From: a virus
Lineage: Duplodnaviria; Caudoviricetes
Strand: one strand, 5' to 3'
IMG/VR virus record: IMGVR_UViG_3300026519_000015
Location: 1 to 59,882 of that record
DNA: 59,882 bases
This document shows, in pieces, positions 29,282-38,881 of the stretch. A program made the position numbers and the translations under genes. A model generated the notes under the pieces. It ran no database searches. It had not been told where the DNA came from and was given only the letters and a program-made list of their open reading frames with translations. Within the stretch, counting starts at the first letter, position 1. The number at the start of each line of letters is the position of its first letter.

Positions 29282-29930
29282 AAATCCTTACCTTCTAATT
29301 AGTCCCGGGATCCTTCGGGGTATTATGCGGTCCCCAAACCCTAGTACCCTCGATGAAAAATATATATATTGGCCAGAACTAATCCAAAAATACACCCTGC
29401 TATTTGGGGAACAGGAGCGCCAATTAGACCCAAATATGTTAGTGAAACTCCTGAACGCAGGATTAGGAGGATTGGCGTGTCCAGAATTGCAACCCCCGGT
29501 ACTTCAGAAGGTCGAGATCCTCCTGACCCAAATCCTGACACTCCGGAACCTCTGGATCCAGGAATCCAAATTTGAAGCCTGCACCCTGACCGGGAGTCTC
29601 GAACAATGCGACCTACACCATAGCACGTTTTCGGATCTCATCATCACATACTCCGCCGTGATCCGAGATACTAATATGCAATGCTGCAATTTATACAGTG
29701 TTGTTGCGAATGACTGTCTATTCGAGAATACCAGCCTGGATTCCGCAGTATTCGAACACGGGGTGTTTACATACTGCAATTTTAAAAACTGCTCCCTAAC
29801 AAACATCACATTCCTCAAGACCGCGTTCCGTGACTGTCGTTTCCGAAACTGTGACGTAACCGGGGCCAACTGGGAAACTACCCTCCTTGTGCAAACCTCA
29901 AAATTCCACAACTGCGCCGGATCACCTTAA
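29274..29930 (+). CDS. Pentapeptide-repeat protein
   Basis: C-terminal CLFEN/TSLDS/AVFEH/CNFKN/CSLTN/TAFRD/CRFRN repeats. Confidence 0.85.
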   Translation: MSKNPYLLISPGILRGIMRSPNPSTLDEKYIYWPELIQKYTLLFGEQERQLDPNMLVKLLNAGLGGLACPELQPPVLQKVEILLTQILTLRNLWIQESKFEACTLTGSLEQCDLHHSTFSDLIITYSAVIRDTNMQCCNLYSVVANDCLFENTSLDSAVFEHGVFTYCNFKNCSLTNITFLKTAFRDCRFRNCDVTGANWETTLLVQTSKFHNCAGSP

Positions 29931-29932
29931 AG

Positions 29933-30214
29933 GTGAAACACCCCAAAAAACCTCAACTAACCGTCACCCTGACCCCCGAGGCATCACTACGTATTCATTA
30001 CCTATCCGATGCCTCGGGGGTTTCGGGCAGGGAACTAGTCATGTGGGCTATCGCAGAGCTATATCACGCATACCAGAACGGGGAATGGCGAGCGCACCCG
30101 GGATTGCTACAGGACGACCGGGACAGCCATACCCGTAGGGTAGCCCGGAACATGAAAATACCTCGAAAGAGTACACGAATATGGACCCTGGAAGACCAGC
30201 AGAAATACAAATAA
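29933..30214 (+). CDS. Ribbon-helix-helix DNA-binding protein
   Basis: QLTVTLTPE...LSDASGVSGRELVMWAI. Confidence 0.65.
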   Translation: MKHPKKPQLTVTLTPEASLRIHYLSDASGVSGRELVMWAIAELYHAYQNGEWRAHPGLLQDDRDSHTRRVARNMKIPRKSTRIWTLEDQQKYK

Positions 30215-31818
30215 TCGACCACCAGGCCGTCATTAAACTACACGACAAAAACCTCCGGACAAAAGTGACACGGAAGCTGGCTAAACTACCCTGGCGGTAC
30301 GACTACAGGCTACAGGCATGGATTGTGCCCATGTTCGCACTGCCCAGTATCCCAACAGAACTACACCCCTATATCCCCGACACTACTCCGACAAATGGGG
30401 ACCCGCTCCTCCTTACCCTTCTGCCAGAAAACATGACCCCTTACGAATTCCAGTACGAGCAAATCCGGAACCTCCTGACAGGACGCTGGGGTCTCTGGAG
30501 CGCCTGTGGGACCGGCAAAACCTTTATGGCCCTGGGAGCCTACCATATCCTCAAGACCTTGGGACACGTTGACGGAATGCTCGTGGTGGGGCCAGAACCC
30601 GGACGCCACGTATGGGTAGGAGAAGCATCCGAAACCTACAGATGGTTAGGCGAACCCGGGCACTACGTAGTACGCCCTGAGCCGCTCCCAGAGAGCCGGG
30701 AAGGGGTTGTGTACGTCACGACTGCTAAGATCTGGAGGCAGCCGTATTTCACCATCCTGGGGGACCTGGTGCGGTCACAACGCTGGATCCTGGTGATAGA
30801 TGAGTGCCACGAATGCTCCGGGGTCTTGAGTAAACGATTCGCCACCCTCAATACCTGGGTCCGGTACTGCAAGTACCTCTGGTGCCTAACCGCAACCCCT
30901 GTCCGGAACTGGCCCGATACCTTTTGGGCGATCTATCGATTCCTGTCGGGATCCGGAATCGATATCTCTCTCTGGTACGACTGGTTCTGCCCCTCGGGAG
31001 GAAAGAAATGGCGCAACGACAGACTCACAGACTTAGCACTATACTGCTGGCGATTCAGCAGCACCATCACTAAGGAAGCAGCGGCTTCATGGCTACCCCC
31101 GATCACCGAAACCGTTATCCGGGTTCCCATGACCGGGAGACAGCTCAAGCTGTACTCCGACATGGTCAACGATAGTAAGATCAAAATTGAGGAAACTCAT
31201 GGGGACCGAAACGTGTTTGCTCGCGAGATGTTCGTCCAGATGACACACTTGCAAAGCCTTGCATCACACCCGCTTGTTAGCCGGGATACCGCATGGCAGG
31301 ATCACGACATTGCTAAATTAGAACGCCTGGAAGCCATCCTAGCCGGCGTCGGGGAAGAGAAGACCCTTATATGGTCCTGGCACCCGGGAGTACTGGAATG
31401 GCTCGCTGCTAAACTCCCAGGGTCAGTTCAATACCACGGACGCGTAAATAAACGAGACCGGGAACAAGCCGTGCACCGATTCAATAACGACCCCGATGGC
31501 AAGATATTCCTCGGGAACCCGTCGAGCGCTGGAGTCAGCCTGAACCTGGGAGCCGGGACCGTCAGGGTCTTTTGGGACCTGCATTGGTCCTGGGTCCAGT
31601 ACCACCAGGCATGTGAACGCAACAATAGGATTACACGTAAACTACCAATCACAAGCTACATCCTGATTAGCCAGGATAGTATAGAGGAGGCAATATGGGA
31701 AGCGATCAACCACAAGAGCGACATGTCTACAACAATCGGGGGTGTCGGGATCTGGAAACAAAGCGTCGAAAAAACCACCGAGCTAATAGCCCGCTGGGAA
31801 AGCTCCGCAGGAACCTGA
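30181..31818 (+). CDS. SNF2-like superfamily 2 helicase
   Basis: PYEFQ, GTGKT, IDECH, LTATP, GVSLNL, QACERNNRI. Confidence 0.9.
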   Translation: MDPGRPAEIQIIDHQAVIKLHDKNLRTKVTRKLAKLPWRYDYRLQAWIVPMFALPSIPTELHPYIPDTTPTNGDPLLLTLLPENMTPYEFQYEQIRNLLTGRWGLWSACGTGKTFMALGAYHILKTLGHVDGMLVVGPEPGRHVWVGEASETYRWLGEPGHYVVRPEPLPESREGVVYVTTAKIWRQPYFTILGDLVRSQRWILVIDECHECSGVLSKRFATLNTWVRYCKYLWCLTATPVRNWPDTFWAIYRFLSGSGIDISLWYDWFCPSGGKKWRNDRLTDLALYCWRFSSTITKEAAASWLPPITETVIRVPMTGRQLKLYSDMVNDSKIKIEETHGDRNVFAREMFVQMTHLQSLASHPLVSRDTAWQDHDIAKLERLEAILAGVGEEKTLIWSWHPGVLEWLAAKLPGSVQYHGRVNKRDREQAVHRFNNDPDGKIFLGNPSSAGVSLNLGAGTVRVFWDLHWSWVQYHQACERNNRITRKLPITSYILISQDSIEEAIWEAINHKSDMSTTIGGVGIWKQSVEKTTELIARWESSAGT

Positions 31819-32066
31819 TCAATATCGGGATGCGGGTACACGGGTTCGACAATATCACGAAACTCGCAGCACACCTGGATATGAGTGTCGATGCGATCCG
31901 ATTCACTCTATACCGACGCCCCAAAAACGTGAAAAAATGCCATATCACGATCCGGAAGATCGGGGAGACGTTGCCATTTATTGAGGATTATTGGCTGGCA
32001 GCGTATGGATTGGTTAAACCACGGACTGATGCAGAATGGACAGAGATCCTGGAGGTGCAGGAATAA
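31695..32066 (+). CDS. HTH-like protein (start uncertain)
   Basis: NITKLAAHLDMSVDAIRFTL. Confidence 0.5.
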   Translation: MGSDQPQERHVYNNRGCRDLETKRRKNHRANSPLGKLRRNLINIGMRVHGFDNITKLAAHLDMSVDAIRFTLYRRPKNVKKCHITIRKIGETLPFIEDYWLAAYGLVKPRTDAEWTEILEVQE

Positions 32067-32554
32067 TGAAGACCACACTACGCTGTCTCGGGACAATGAT
32101 CATCATAACAATATGGGTCCTGGTAATGCTGGCACAGGCACAAGGTGCAGAGACCCCGATCACTGAACCAAAAACTGTAGAAGACACAGGAACACAAGCC
32201 TTCACCCTGGGGATCCGGCAAGACGGTATCCCGTTAGTATATATCGCTGTCAGCTCCCTGGAAGACCCAGAGTCCTCCGCAGCAGTCTTGACTTCAGCAC
32301 AACTACAAGCACTACAACAGGCTCTCACAAAAGCCGAACGCTGGCTCAAACGCCCCAAAACCAAACCGATCTACATCAACATACCCTCTGCCCTAAAATA
32401 CCCCGTGACCGTCATAGGGTTTTCCGACATGGGGATAATCGGGGTCGGGATAGATGACGGGACCGGCACCCGGGTATTCGCAACCAGCAATCCCCGGAAG
32501 ATCCGAAAGCTCCAGCAGAACTTACGACACGCAGCCAGGATATTCCGGAGGTAA
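32066..32554 (+). CDS. Secreted or membrane-anchored protein with signal peptide
   Basis: MKTTLR, hydrophobic IIITIWVLVML, then AQA; GGAGG RBS. Confidence 0.65.
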   Translation: MKTTLRCLGTMIIITIWVLVMLAQAQGAETPITEPKTVEDTGTQAFTLGIRQDGIPLVYIAVSSLEDPESSAAVLTSAQLQALQQALTKAERWLKRPKTKPIYINIPSALKYPVTVIGFSDMGIIGVGIDDGTGTRVFATSNPRKIRKLQQNLRHAARIFRR

Positions 32555-32560
32555 CTAGTG

Positions 32561-32725
32561 ATGAATAGACGCACCGAAAAGATCCGGATTCAGCAACTCG
32601 AGACCAACGTAACTTCCCTCCAGCAAGATATAGACTTTCTACACGACCGCACAAAACAACTAGAGGGTCTAATCAAAAACCTAACGTGCAAACTGGAATC
32701 CCTATGGAACGCACCCCCAAGATAA
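32561..32725 (+). CDS. 54-aa coiled-coil protein
   Basis: GGAGGT RBS; heptad leucines; not in the track. Confidence 0.55.
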   Translation: MNRRTEKIRIQQLETNVTSLQQDIDFLHDRTKQLEGLIKNLTCKLESLWNAPPR

Positions 32726-33149
32726 CCACCTAACTCACCTCACCTCCGGCAGGATCCACATCTTCCCGGGGGTTCCTTATGTACACCACAGATCCCCGGA
32801 GGAAAAACGGTATACGACACAATATGCCATACCATTTTTCACAATAACAATCCAATATTAAAAATAGTATACTTAAATTTGTATACCTCCGTATTTACCC
32901 TAAAAAACCCCATCTATGGTCAAGTTATACAAAGAATTTTATACCGGGGCTTTAGACCCGGGATTCCCCGGAGCCCCCTCGCGTAGGTAAAAATTCCGTT
33001 CGCTGCACTACCGTTGCCGTCCGTGCGAACCGCTCACTTCTTATGCCTCACTTCGTTCGGCGGGGAGATGGGGGACCCAGGTAATCAGGGGCGCGCAACC
33101 CCCTGTGTTGTACCCTCAAAAACCACTCTATTTTTACCCCCGGATCCAC
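32726..33149. other. Non-coding AT-rich region with inverted repeats; candidate replication origin
   Basis: AT-rich 32800-32945; AAAAACGGTAT...ATACCATTTTT; paired (G/T)TATAC; CTCACTTC twice; upstream of the replication operon. Confidence 0.4.
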
Positions 33150-33178
33150 TTGACATAAGAGGCGTACCACTTTAATAT
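33150..33178 (+). promoter_or_regulatory. Sigma70-type promoter of the replication operon
   Basis: TTGACA-N17-TAATAT. Confidence 0.65.
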
Positions 33179-33199
33179 GTTACGTGGAGGCACCGAGAT

Positions 33200-34270
33200 A
33201 TGACTGATTGGGATCACCCCCTGAATTGGGTATCCGCGAAGTCAAACCTGTTCGTAACCCATTGGCTCCCGGAGGAGTTCGGGGATGATTACCGAGTGAT
33301 TGGCGGGGTACTGGACGGGATATCAGAGGTTTGTCTATACCCTAATATGATGAACCTCCAGGAGCTGCATCTGCGGTTCCAGAAGAATGACAGCCCTGAA
33401 TCTGACCACATTCCGTCACTTCCGGTTGAATCGATCGCGCATGTCCTGTGTGAGGAATGGCGCCGGGAGATCCAGGTGGTGGTGTGGTTAGGTGATACGG
33501 TGATCCAAAAATCTGAAACTAAAGGAGATAACATGGCTAGACGTCGGAGAACTACAACAAAGAATGACGCAGAAAAAGCGGCAGCAGCTGCCGCGACTGT
33601 GCAGCCCACCGAAAGCCCCCTGGAGGGTCTCACAGAAGACCCGTTCGCAACCCTAGCAGAGACCCCCACGACTTCTTCCGGCCCTGTAGAGACCGCTACC
33701 GGGCTAGATGCCCTGGTGGAGAGTGTGACGACTTCTGAGGTAGCTGCCGCAATCGAGACAGTTCACGGTAACGACCCGGCTGTCGCGAGTAGTGTGGTGA
33801 AGATCCTGGGACACACGTCCCAGATCCTGGAGAAACTCGACAACAGCCTTGAACTTAAGGCCGTCACCAAACTGACAGATAAGCTGCACAAACACCTGAA
33901 GGATGTAGAGACCATGATTGAGGGTAATGTGGCTGCTATCTTACAATCCCTCCAGGCCGTCAGGGACGCTGTAGCAGACCTCCAGACTGCTAATCCGGCA
34001 CCTGCCCCCACGACTACTTCCAAACCCCGGAAAGAGGCTTCTGCGGCTTCTCAGAAAGCGTCCGATATGGCTGCGCAGCTGATCGCAACTCTCCGGGAGA
34101 AGCGAGCCGTAATGCCTCGGTTCCCGAAGGTGCTGGATATGGCTAACCCGCACCATGCAGAAGCTGTGAAGCAGCAGGTAGAACAACTAGGGTTCCCGAT
34201 GCGGGTAGACCAGATCCTGGAGGAATTGGAGAAAGCCGGCGTCCTAGAGGGTACTGTTATCAAATTCTAA
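33200..34270 (+). CDS. Hypothetical protein, 356 aa, with a strong internal in-frame start at 33533
   Basis: RBS GGAGG at 33186; second RBS AAAGGAG before MARRRR. Confidence 0.65.
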   Translation: MTDWDHPLNWVSAKSNLFVTHWLPEEFGDDYRVIGGVLDGISEVCLYPNMMNLQELHLRFQKNDSPESDHIPSLPVESIAHVLCEEWRREIQVVVWLGDTVIQKSETKGDNMARRRRTTTKNDAEKAAAAAATVQPTESPLEGLTEDPFATLAETPTTSSGPVETATGLDALVESVTTSEVAAAIETVHGNDPAVASSVVKILGHTSQILEKLDNSLELKAVTKLTDKLHKHLKDVETMIEGNVAAILQSLQAVRDAVADLQTANPAPAPTTTSKPRKEASAASQKASDMAAQLIATLREKRAVMPRFPKVLDMANPHHAEAVKQQVEQLGFPMRVDQILEELEKAGVLEGTVIKF

Positions 34271-34291
34271 ACGCAACACGGGGGCGTACCG

Positions 34292-34374
34292 ATAGCCCCC
34301 GGCAGCAGGGGCCTTGCGGAGGTGCCTCCCACCACATCCCCCGAGACCGCAAGGCTCCTCCTGGCGGGGGCTAT
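34292..34374 (+). ncRNA. Long imperfect hairpin with an anti-RBS loop
   Basis: atagcccccg...ccttgcgg pairs with ccgcaagg...cgggggctat; the loop contains ggtgcctccc. Confidence 0.6.
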
Positions 34375-34401
34375 TTGTCCCTCCCCGGAAAGGACTGAGG
34401 A

Positions 34402-34932
34402 ATGGGGATTTTTTCGAACTGGAAACGGATACGTGCACTGAAACAACTGAATGCGCAGCTGCGCAGCCAGGTAGCAGAACTGACAGAGCAAGTTATCAAG
34501 ACCCGGAGAGAGCTAAGGGCTACCCGGGAAGAGATCGAGGGTTGGGAGTACGATTACAAAGAGGCAACGGAGAAACTGGAGAAGTTAGAGAATTCTATTC
34601 AACCGTTTAGACATTTATTTAAGAGCAATGACGCTATTGTGGTCCATAGCGACATATGGATCCGGCATGCCCTAGAAAATGCCCCCCCTGCTTCTGAATT
34701 CCCGGACCCGGCCCAGGATTCCGGAGAGATGGGGGATGTTGCAAAAATAACAAAACTCCCGGAAGTAATTGGGATTGGTTACGTAAGTAAGAAAGTCTTA
34801 CGGATCTTTTGTTCCCGTCCGTTAGGTTCACCCTCATGGCAGCGTGTTCTGGAGTTATGCCCGTTATCGTTATATGCGGTACGTCCGGATCCGGGTGAGA
34901 TTAAAGCTGGAGTATTGGAGCTGAGGTGGTAA
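34402..34932 (+). CDS. Hypothetical protein with an N-terminal coiled coil
   Basis: ORF track; overlaps the polymerase start. Confidence 0.65.
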   Translation: MGIFSNWKRIRALKQLNAQLRSQVAELTEQVIKTRRELRATREEIEGWEYDYKEATEKLEKLENSIQPFRHLFKSNDAIVVHSDIWIRHALENAPPASEFPDPAQDSGEMGDVAKITKLPEVIGIGYVSKKVLRIFCSRPLGSPSWQRVLELCPLSLYAVRPDPGEIKAGVLELRW

Positions 34933-37709
34933 TGGTACCGATTAGGATTGATGATAGGGATTGGATCGAAGTTAATGGTGCCCGGGTGGAGGCGGAGAAC
35001 CGCCCCCTTGTGCTTGTGGTGCTGCCCTCCCCTACAGAATTCGAGAGAAAATCCGGGCAGGCCCTTGTGGGGTCACAGCACGATTTTCTCCTTGACTTCC
35101 TGACGGCTCTCGACTTCCGGTGGGCCGCTATGTACCTGTACCCGGATTACGATACTATGCTGGAAGCTATAAAAACGGGGACTAGAGATGCGTTAGACCG
35201 ATTCTGGAGAGTGGTACGGAACCTGAGCCCGAATGTGGTGATGTCTTGTGGGAGTAATGTGCTTAAAGCCCTATGGCCACCCGGGGCGGGGAAACCCACG
35301 TCAATCCACAAGGCTCGGGCAACTCCGTTAGAGATAGCTCCCGGTCTCTTGTGTGTGTGGGCCTATGATCCTATGGCGCACCACAAGTATCTTCAGACTG
35401 ATGGGCGTTACGGGAAAGACTTGGTTGATGACCTGTGTGCCAGCTTCCAACTGGTATCAGATATCGCAGAAGGAACTTATCGACAACCTGTCCCAACCTA
35501 CACTGTGATCGATACCCCTGCTGGTTTGGCCAAATTGGCCCAACGAATAGCAGAACTTAATCCTCCGGCATTGTACTTAGATGTGGAAGATGCGACTTGG
35601 ATCGGATCTGGGAATGTGCAACCTCACAAATGGCCCCCGGATGTTCCGAGCAAATTGACAATCCGGCACCCGGGTAATCGATTGTTGTTACTAGGGCTAA
35701 CTATCCCGATCTGGTGTGGGGGCCGGGTAGATTACGAGACTTATTGTATTTTGCCGCATTTGGTAGAGAAAACGCCACGTCAAGAATGTCCACCATTATT
35801 ACAATCTTTGCTGACGGGACGCCACCTTGAGGCGTGGAACATGGATTATGACTGGCAGGCTTTGGATTGGTTCGGCGGCTACGATGTATATGATCCAGTG
35901 AACCAAAATACCCTCGGGGATGGGATGGTAGCGCATTACGAGGTGGACCAATCAGTTCCGGGCAACGGATTAAAGGCGCTGGCTATGAACTTATTGTCGT
36001 TTCCCGCGTGGGACCTTGAGGTGCGGAGTCAATTAGAACTGGCTCGTAAAAGGAACCGAACCCGTTGGGGTTCTGGTATGAACGCTGCCTCATTCGACCA
36101 GGTTAGTCCCACCAATCTGTATCTGTACAATGCCTTCGACACCTTTGCGAATGCTCGATTAGTTGAAGAGTACTTCGCAGACCCCCTGAAGTTCACTCCT
36201 CCCGAGAATTGTAAGGTCTATGATTTTCTTGTGGATAAGGCAGCACCCGCATTTGCTAGCATGACTCGAACCGGGATCCTGATAAATACGGAACAGCTAA
36301 GTGGGGAGATCCGGGTTCTGGAATCAGATATCCATAACCTTAAGGTGAAGATTTTACGGTCTAAATACACCCGGAAAGCCGGAGAGATATCGGGAAAAGA
36401 GTTTAATCCAAGGTCTCCACTATGGTTCCGAGCCCTGGTAGCGGTTACTCACGGGAAAGCGCAGCAAGCAAATGGGAGCTGGGACTTAGAATTCCCGGAT
36501 TGGATCCCCCGGACTAAGAAAACAAATGCCCTGCAACGGTCCACAAGTGTGATTCGACAGCTCGCCGGACTGGACCCGGAAACTGGGGTGCTGGGTCCGG
36601 GAGAGAAACAGAATGCGGGACAAAAACTGTGGCATAAGATTCACGATTACAAACTCGCATTAGATAAATTAGGCAGGTTCCTTACGCTGCAAAACTACAT
36701 TGTGGGTGACCGGATTCACCCGACGTACCGGTTAGTGAAAGCAGCAGTTCCCTCTGAAGATATTCTCACGGCAGGAGATAAATCCGGAGGTTCGGTGTCC
36801 GGGCGGACCTCCACAACCCCAAACATGCAGAACGATGCTAACGATCCCCGGGTTAAACGGCTATTCGGAGCACCCCCGGGGTTCCTTGTGGTCCAGATCG
36901 ATTATGATCGGTCCGAGTTAATCTGGTTAGCTTTCAATACTAAGGACACTCTGTATCGGGAATGGGCAGTAGCGGGGTTAGACCAGCACCTGCGTAAGGG
37001 CATAGAACTCTGGAAGGTTAAAACCTCTGGGTCTGAAGAGTATTTTCACCAGTTACCTCCGGAAAAACAGAAACGGTGGCGTGCGATTGGTAAAACGATG
37101 AACTTCGCCACCGTGTATCTCCAGGAACCCCAGACCACAGCTGCCATGATGGGGGTAACGGTAGAGGAAGCCATCAAGACTGCACAACACGATACCCTGA
37201 TCCATACTGGTGTGACGAATGCGAAGTACGAACTGTACGAGACAATCCAAGCCGGTAAGATGGTGACGACCCGGGTGTTGGGACGTAGGCGATCCGCACC
37301 TGGGTGGCATTCGACTAAACTATCAGCCGAAGACTTTTTCTCCTATGACCCGGACAAACAGATCCTGCAGGACCAAAAGAACAAGACAATTTTTAGGTCC
37401 TTATGGAACACCTATGCTGCACAAGCGGATAGCAACGATATGGCTATGATCCAAACCGCGGAGATCCATAGACGTTTAACCACAACAGATTGGCTTAACC
37501 CCGAATGGGTTGTGCCCCATTTATTTCTGCATGACGCGGTCTATTTCTACATCCGGGAAGACTATATTGATGTGGCGATCCCGGAGCTGTGTAGGCAGAT
37601 GGAGGATACTGATATCCTGGAATGCGGATTTGACCTGCCGATTCGTGTGTCGGTAGAACTGGGGCCCAACAGGGCAGAGATGCAAGACTATGATTGGAGG
37701 AACCCATGA
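34926..37709 (+). CDS. polA: Family A DNA polymerase with 3'-5' exonuclease and a degenerate N-terminal uracil-DNA-glycosylase-like domain
   Basis: Exo LDVED / WNMDYD / YNAFD; GRTSTTPNMQN; motif A DYDRSEL; motif B R...KTMNF...Y; motif C HD. Confidence 0.92.
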   Translation: MVMVPIRIDDRDWIEVNGARVEAENRPLVLVVLPSPTEFERKSGQALVGSQHDFLLDFLTALDFRWAAMYLYPDYDTMLEAIKTGTRDALDRFWRVVRNLSPNVVMSCGSNVLKALWPPGAGKPTSIHKARATPLEIAPGLLCVWAYDPMAHHKYLQTDGRYGKDLVDDLCASFQLVSDIAEGTYRQPVPTYTVIDTPAGLAKLAQRIAELNPPALYLDVEDATWIGSGNVQPHKWPPDVPSKLTIRHPGNRLLLLGLTIPIWCGGRVDYETYCILPHLVEKTPRQECPPLLQSLLTGRHLEAWNMDYDWQALDWFGGYDVYDPVNQNTLGDGMVAHYEVDQSVPGNGLKALAMNLLSFPAWDLEVRSQLELARKRNRTRWGSGMNAASFDQVSPTNLYLYNAFDTFANARLVEEYFADPLKFTPPENCKVYDFLVDKAAPAFASMTRTGILINTEQLSGEIRVLESDIHNLKVKILRSKYTRKAGEISGKEFNPRSPLWFRALVAVTHGKAQQANGSWDLEFPDWIPRTKKTNALQRSTSVIRQLAGLDPETGVLGPGEKQNAGQKLWHKIHDYKLALDKLGRFLTLQNYIVGDRIHPTYRLVKAAVPSEDILTAGDKSGGSVSGRTSTTPNMQNDANDPRVKRLFGAPPGFLVVQIDYDRSELIWLAFNTKDTLYREWAVAGLDQHLRKGIELWKVKTSGSEEYFHQLPPEKQKRWRAIGKTMNFATVYLQEPQTTAAMMGVTVEEAIKTAQHDTLIHTGVTNAKYELYETIQAGKMVTTRVLGRRRSAPGWHSTKLSAEDFFSYDPDKQILQDQKNKTIFRSLWNTYAAQADSNDMAMIQTAEIHRRLTTTDWLNPEWVVPHLFLHDAVYFYIREDYIDVAIPELCRQMEDTDILECGFDLPIRVSVELGPNRAEMQDYDWRNP

Positions 37710-37975
37710 CCCCGAGACAATCCCAAATCTATAACTCCCTGTGCCGGATGGAAAAGAAAGCCGACTATATCCGGAAGTATTTACGAATTCAGCTAAACAA
37801 ACTTCCAAAAAAGACCCCGATTTTACTACCTCCGGGGGCAGAATTAGCGAAGGAGTATCCTAATCAGTCTGTGCAGGCCGTGCTGGCAGACCTTCTAGAG
37901 CAATCGGAAGACCACTACTGTGGCTTGGTTCAGGTCCGTAGGCTATTTAATGGGGAGTGCGGATTCCAATGCTGA
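37706..37975 (+). CDS. Hypothetical protein, 89 aa
   Basis: GGAGG RBS; ATGA coupling. Confidence 0.65.
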   Translation: MTPRQSQIYNSLCRMEKKADYIRKYLRIQLNKLPKKTPILLPPGAELAKEYPNQSVQAVLADLLEQSEDHYCGLVQVRRLFNGECGFQC

Positions 37976-38193
37976 AGTGTGAACGTCATGATGTCGAGTA
38001 TTGTTGGTTCGAACATCCGCGTCGTAATAGCCGCCAGGTATATGCGTGCCCTGTGTGTCACGGGGTAGCGGAATCCGCGCGTCCTGCGAACTCCCCATTC
38101 CCGAGGGTCCGGTGGGGCATCAACTTTTGGCGGGATCGCCCCCTGACAGAAAAAGAGAAACAATCCCCACCCCGTAAACCCTGCGATTGGTAG
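37969..38193 (+). CDS. Small Zn-binding protein
   Basis: CERH...CPVC. Confidence 0.55.
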   Translation: MLKCERHDVEYCWFEHPRRNSRQVYACPVCHGVAESARPANSPFPRVRWGINFWRDRPLTEKEKQSPPRKPCDW

Positions 38194-38222
38194 TTGACAG
38201 TAGAACATTGTTTTGCTATGAT
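38194..38222 (+). promoter_or_regulatory. Sigma70-type promoter with an AACA-T-TGTT palindrome in the spacer
   Basis: TTGACA-N17-TATGAT. Confidence 0.8.
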
Positions 38223-38253
38223 TCTGACAGCGAACAATTCAGGGAGGCACAAC

Positions 38254-38643
38254 ATGGTAATTGGTGAGAGGCGACGAAAAATCCTCAAGTTCGTCAATCA
38301 ATACTATGAGGAACACAAAGTACCCCCGACGTACCGGGAAATAATGCTCGCAGTCGGGTTAAGATCAACATCCACAGTCTGGAGTCACCTTCGGAAGCTT
38401 GCACGCTCCGGAGAACTGAGTTCACTCGGTAGGGGACGCCCCAGGAGTTATGTTCCCGTTAATGTGGCCAGTACTTCATTACAATCTGAGGAACTAGACA
38501 AACTGCAGCAGCAGCTCGACAGCTTCCGAGACTTGATGCTGGAAGTAGCGAATCCAGAAAATTGGAACTGCAACGTGTGGGTCGGAGCCGGGTGCTTACA
38601 CGTCCGGGCCCTGACCCTATTACAACAGGACGGCAATGACTGA
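38254..38643 (+). CDS. LexA-type winged-helix DNA-binding protein lacking the peptidase domain
   Basis: PPTYREIMLAVGLRSTSTVWSHLRKLARSG; no Ser/Lys protease domain. Confidence 0.85.
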   Translation: MVIGERRRKILKFVNQYYEEHKVPPTYREIMLAVGLRSTSTVWSHLRKLARSGELSSLGRGRPRSYVPVNVASTSLQSEELDKLQQQLDSFRDLMLEVANPENWNCNVWVGAGCLHVRALTLLQQDGND

Positions 38644-38872
38644 CACAAATGTAGTCCAGATGTATATATTCAGTAACCGAGACCGGAAACTGTACCAAGT
38701 GAGGTTCAACATCACCCAGATCCTACAGGCCGGAGAGAAGTTCGATCCCCTGGATGCAGAGTGCTTTGCCTTTATCTGCAAAGCTTTATCCCAAATCCTG
38801 GAGACCCGGATTCTGGATATGGATATCATCCTTATTGATACCCTACTGGGGCAAGAAATTAGTTGGAATTGA
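38636..38872 (+). CDS. Hypothetical protein
   Basis: Operon ORF. Confidence 0.6.
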   Translation: MTDTNVVQMYIFSNRDRKLYQVRFNITQILQAGEKFDPLDAECFAFICKALSQILETRILDMDIILIDTLLGQEISWN

Positions 38873-38881
38873 GGTAAAATT

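Noticed and set aside
31796-31802. Second GGGAAAG near the helicase stop
   Set aside because: In the helicase frame it reads TGG-GAA-AGC, not the X-XXY-YYZ phase needed for -1 slippage
34271-34401. tRNA in the structured intergenic region
   Set aside because: No cloverleaf, T-loop or CCA; no tRNA or rRNA recognised anywhere by eye
38202-38213. Canonical Gram-positive SOS box
   Set aside because: GAAC-N3-GTTT does not fit GAAC-N4-GTTC; kept only as a possible phage-specific operator
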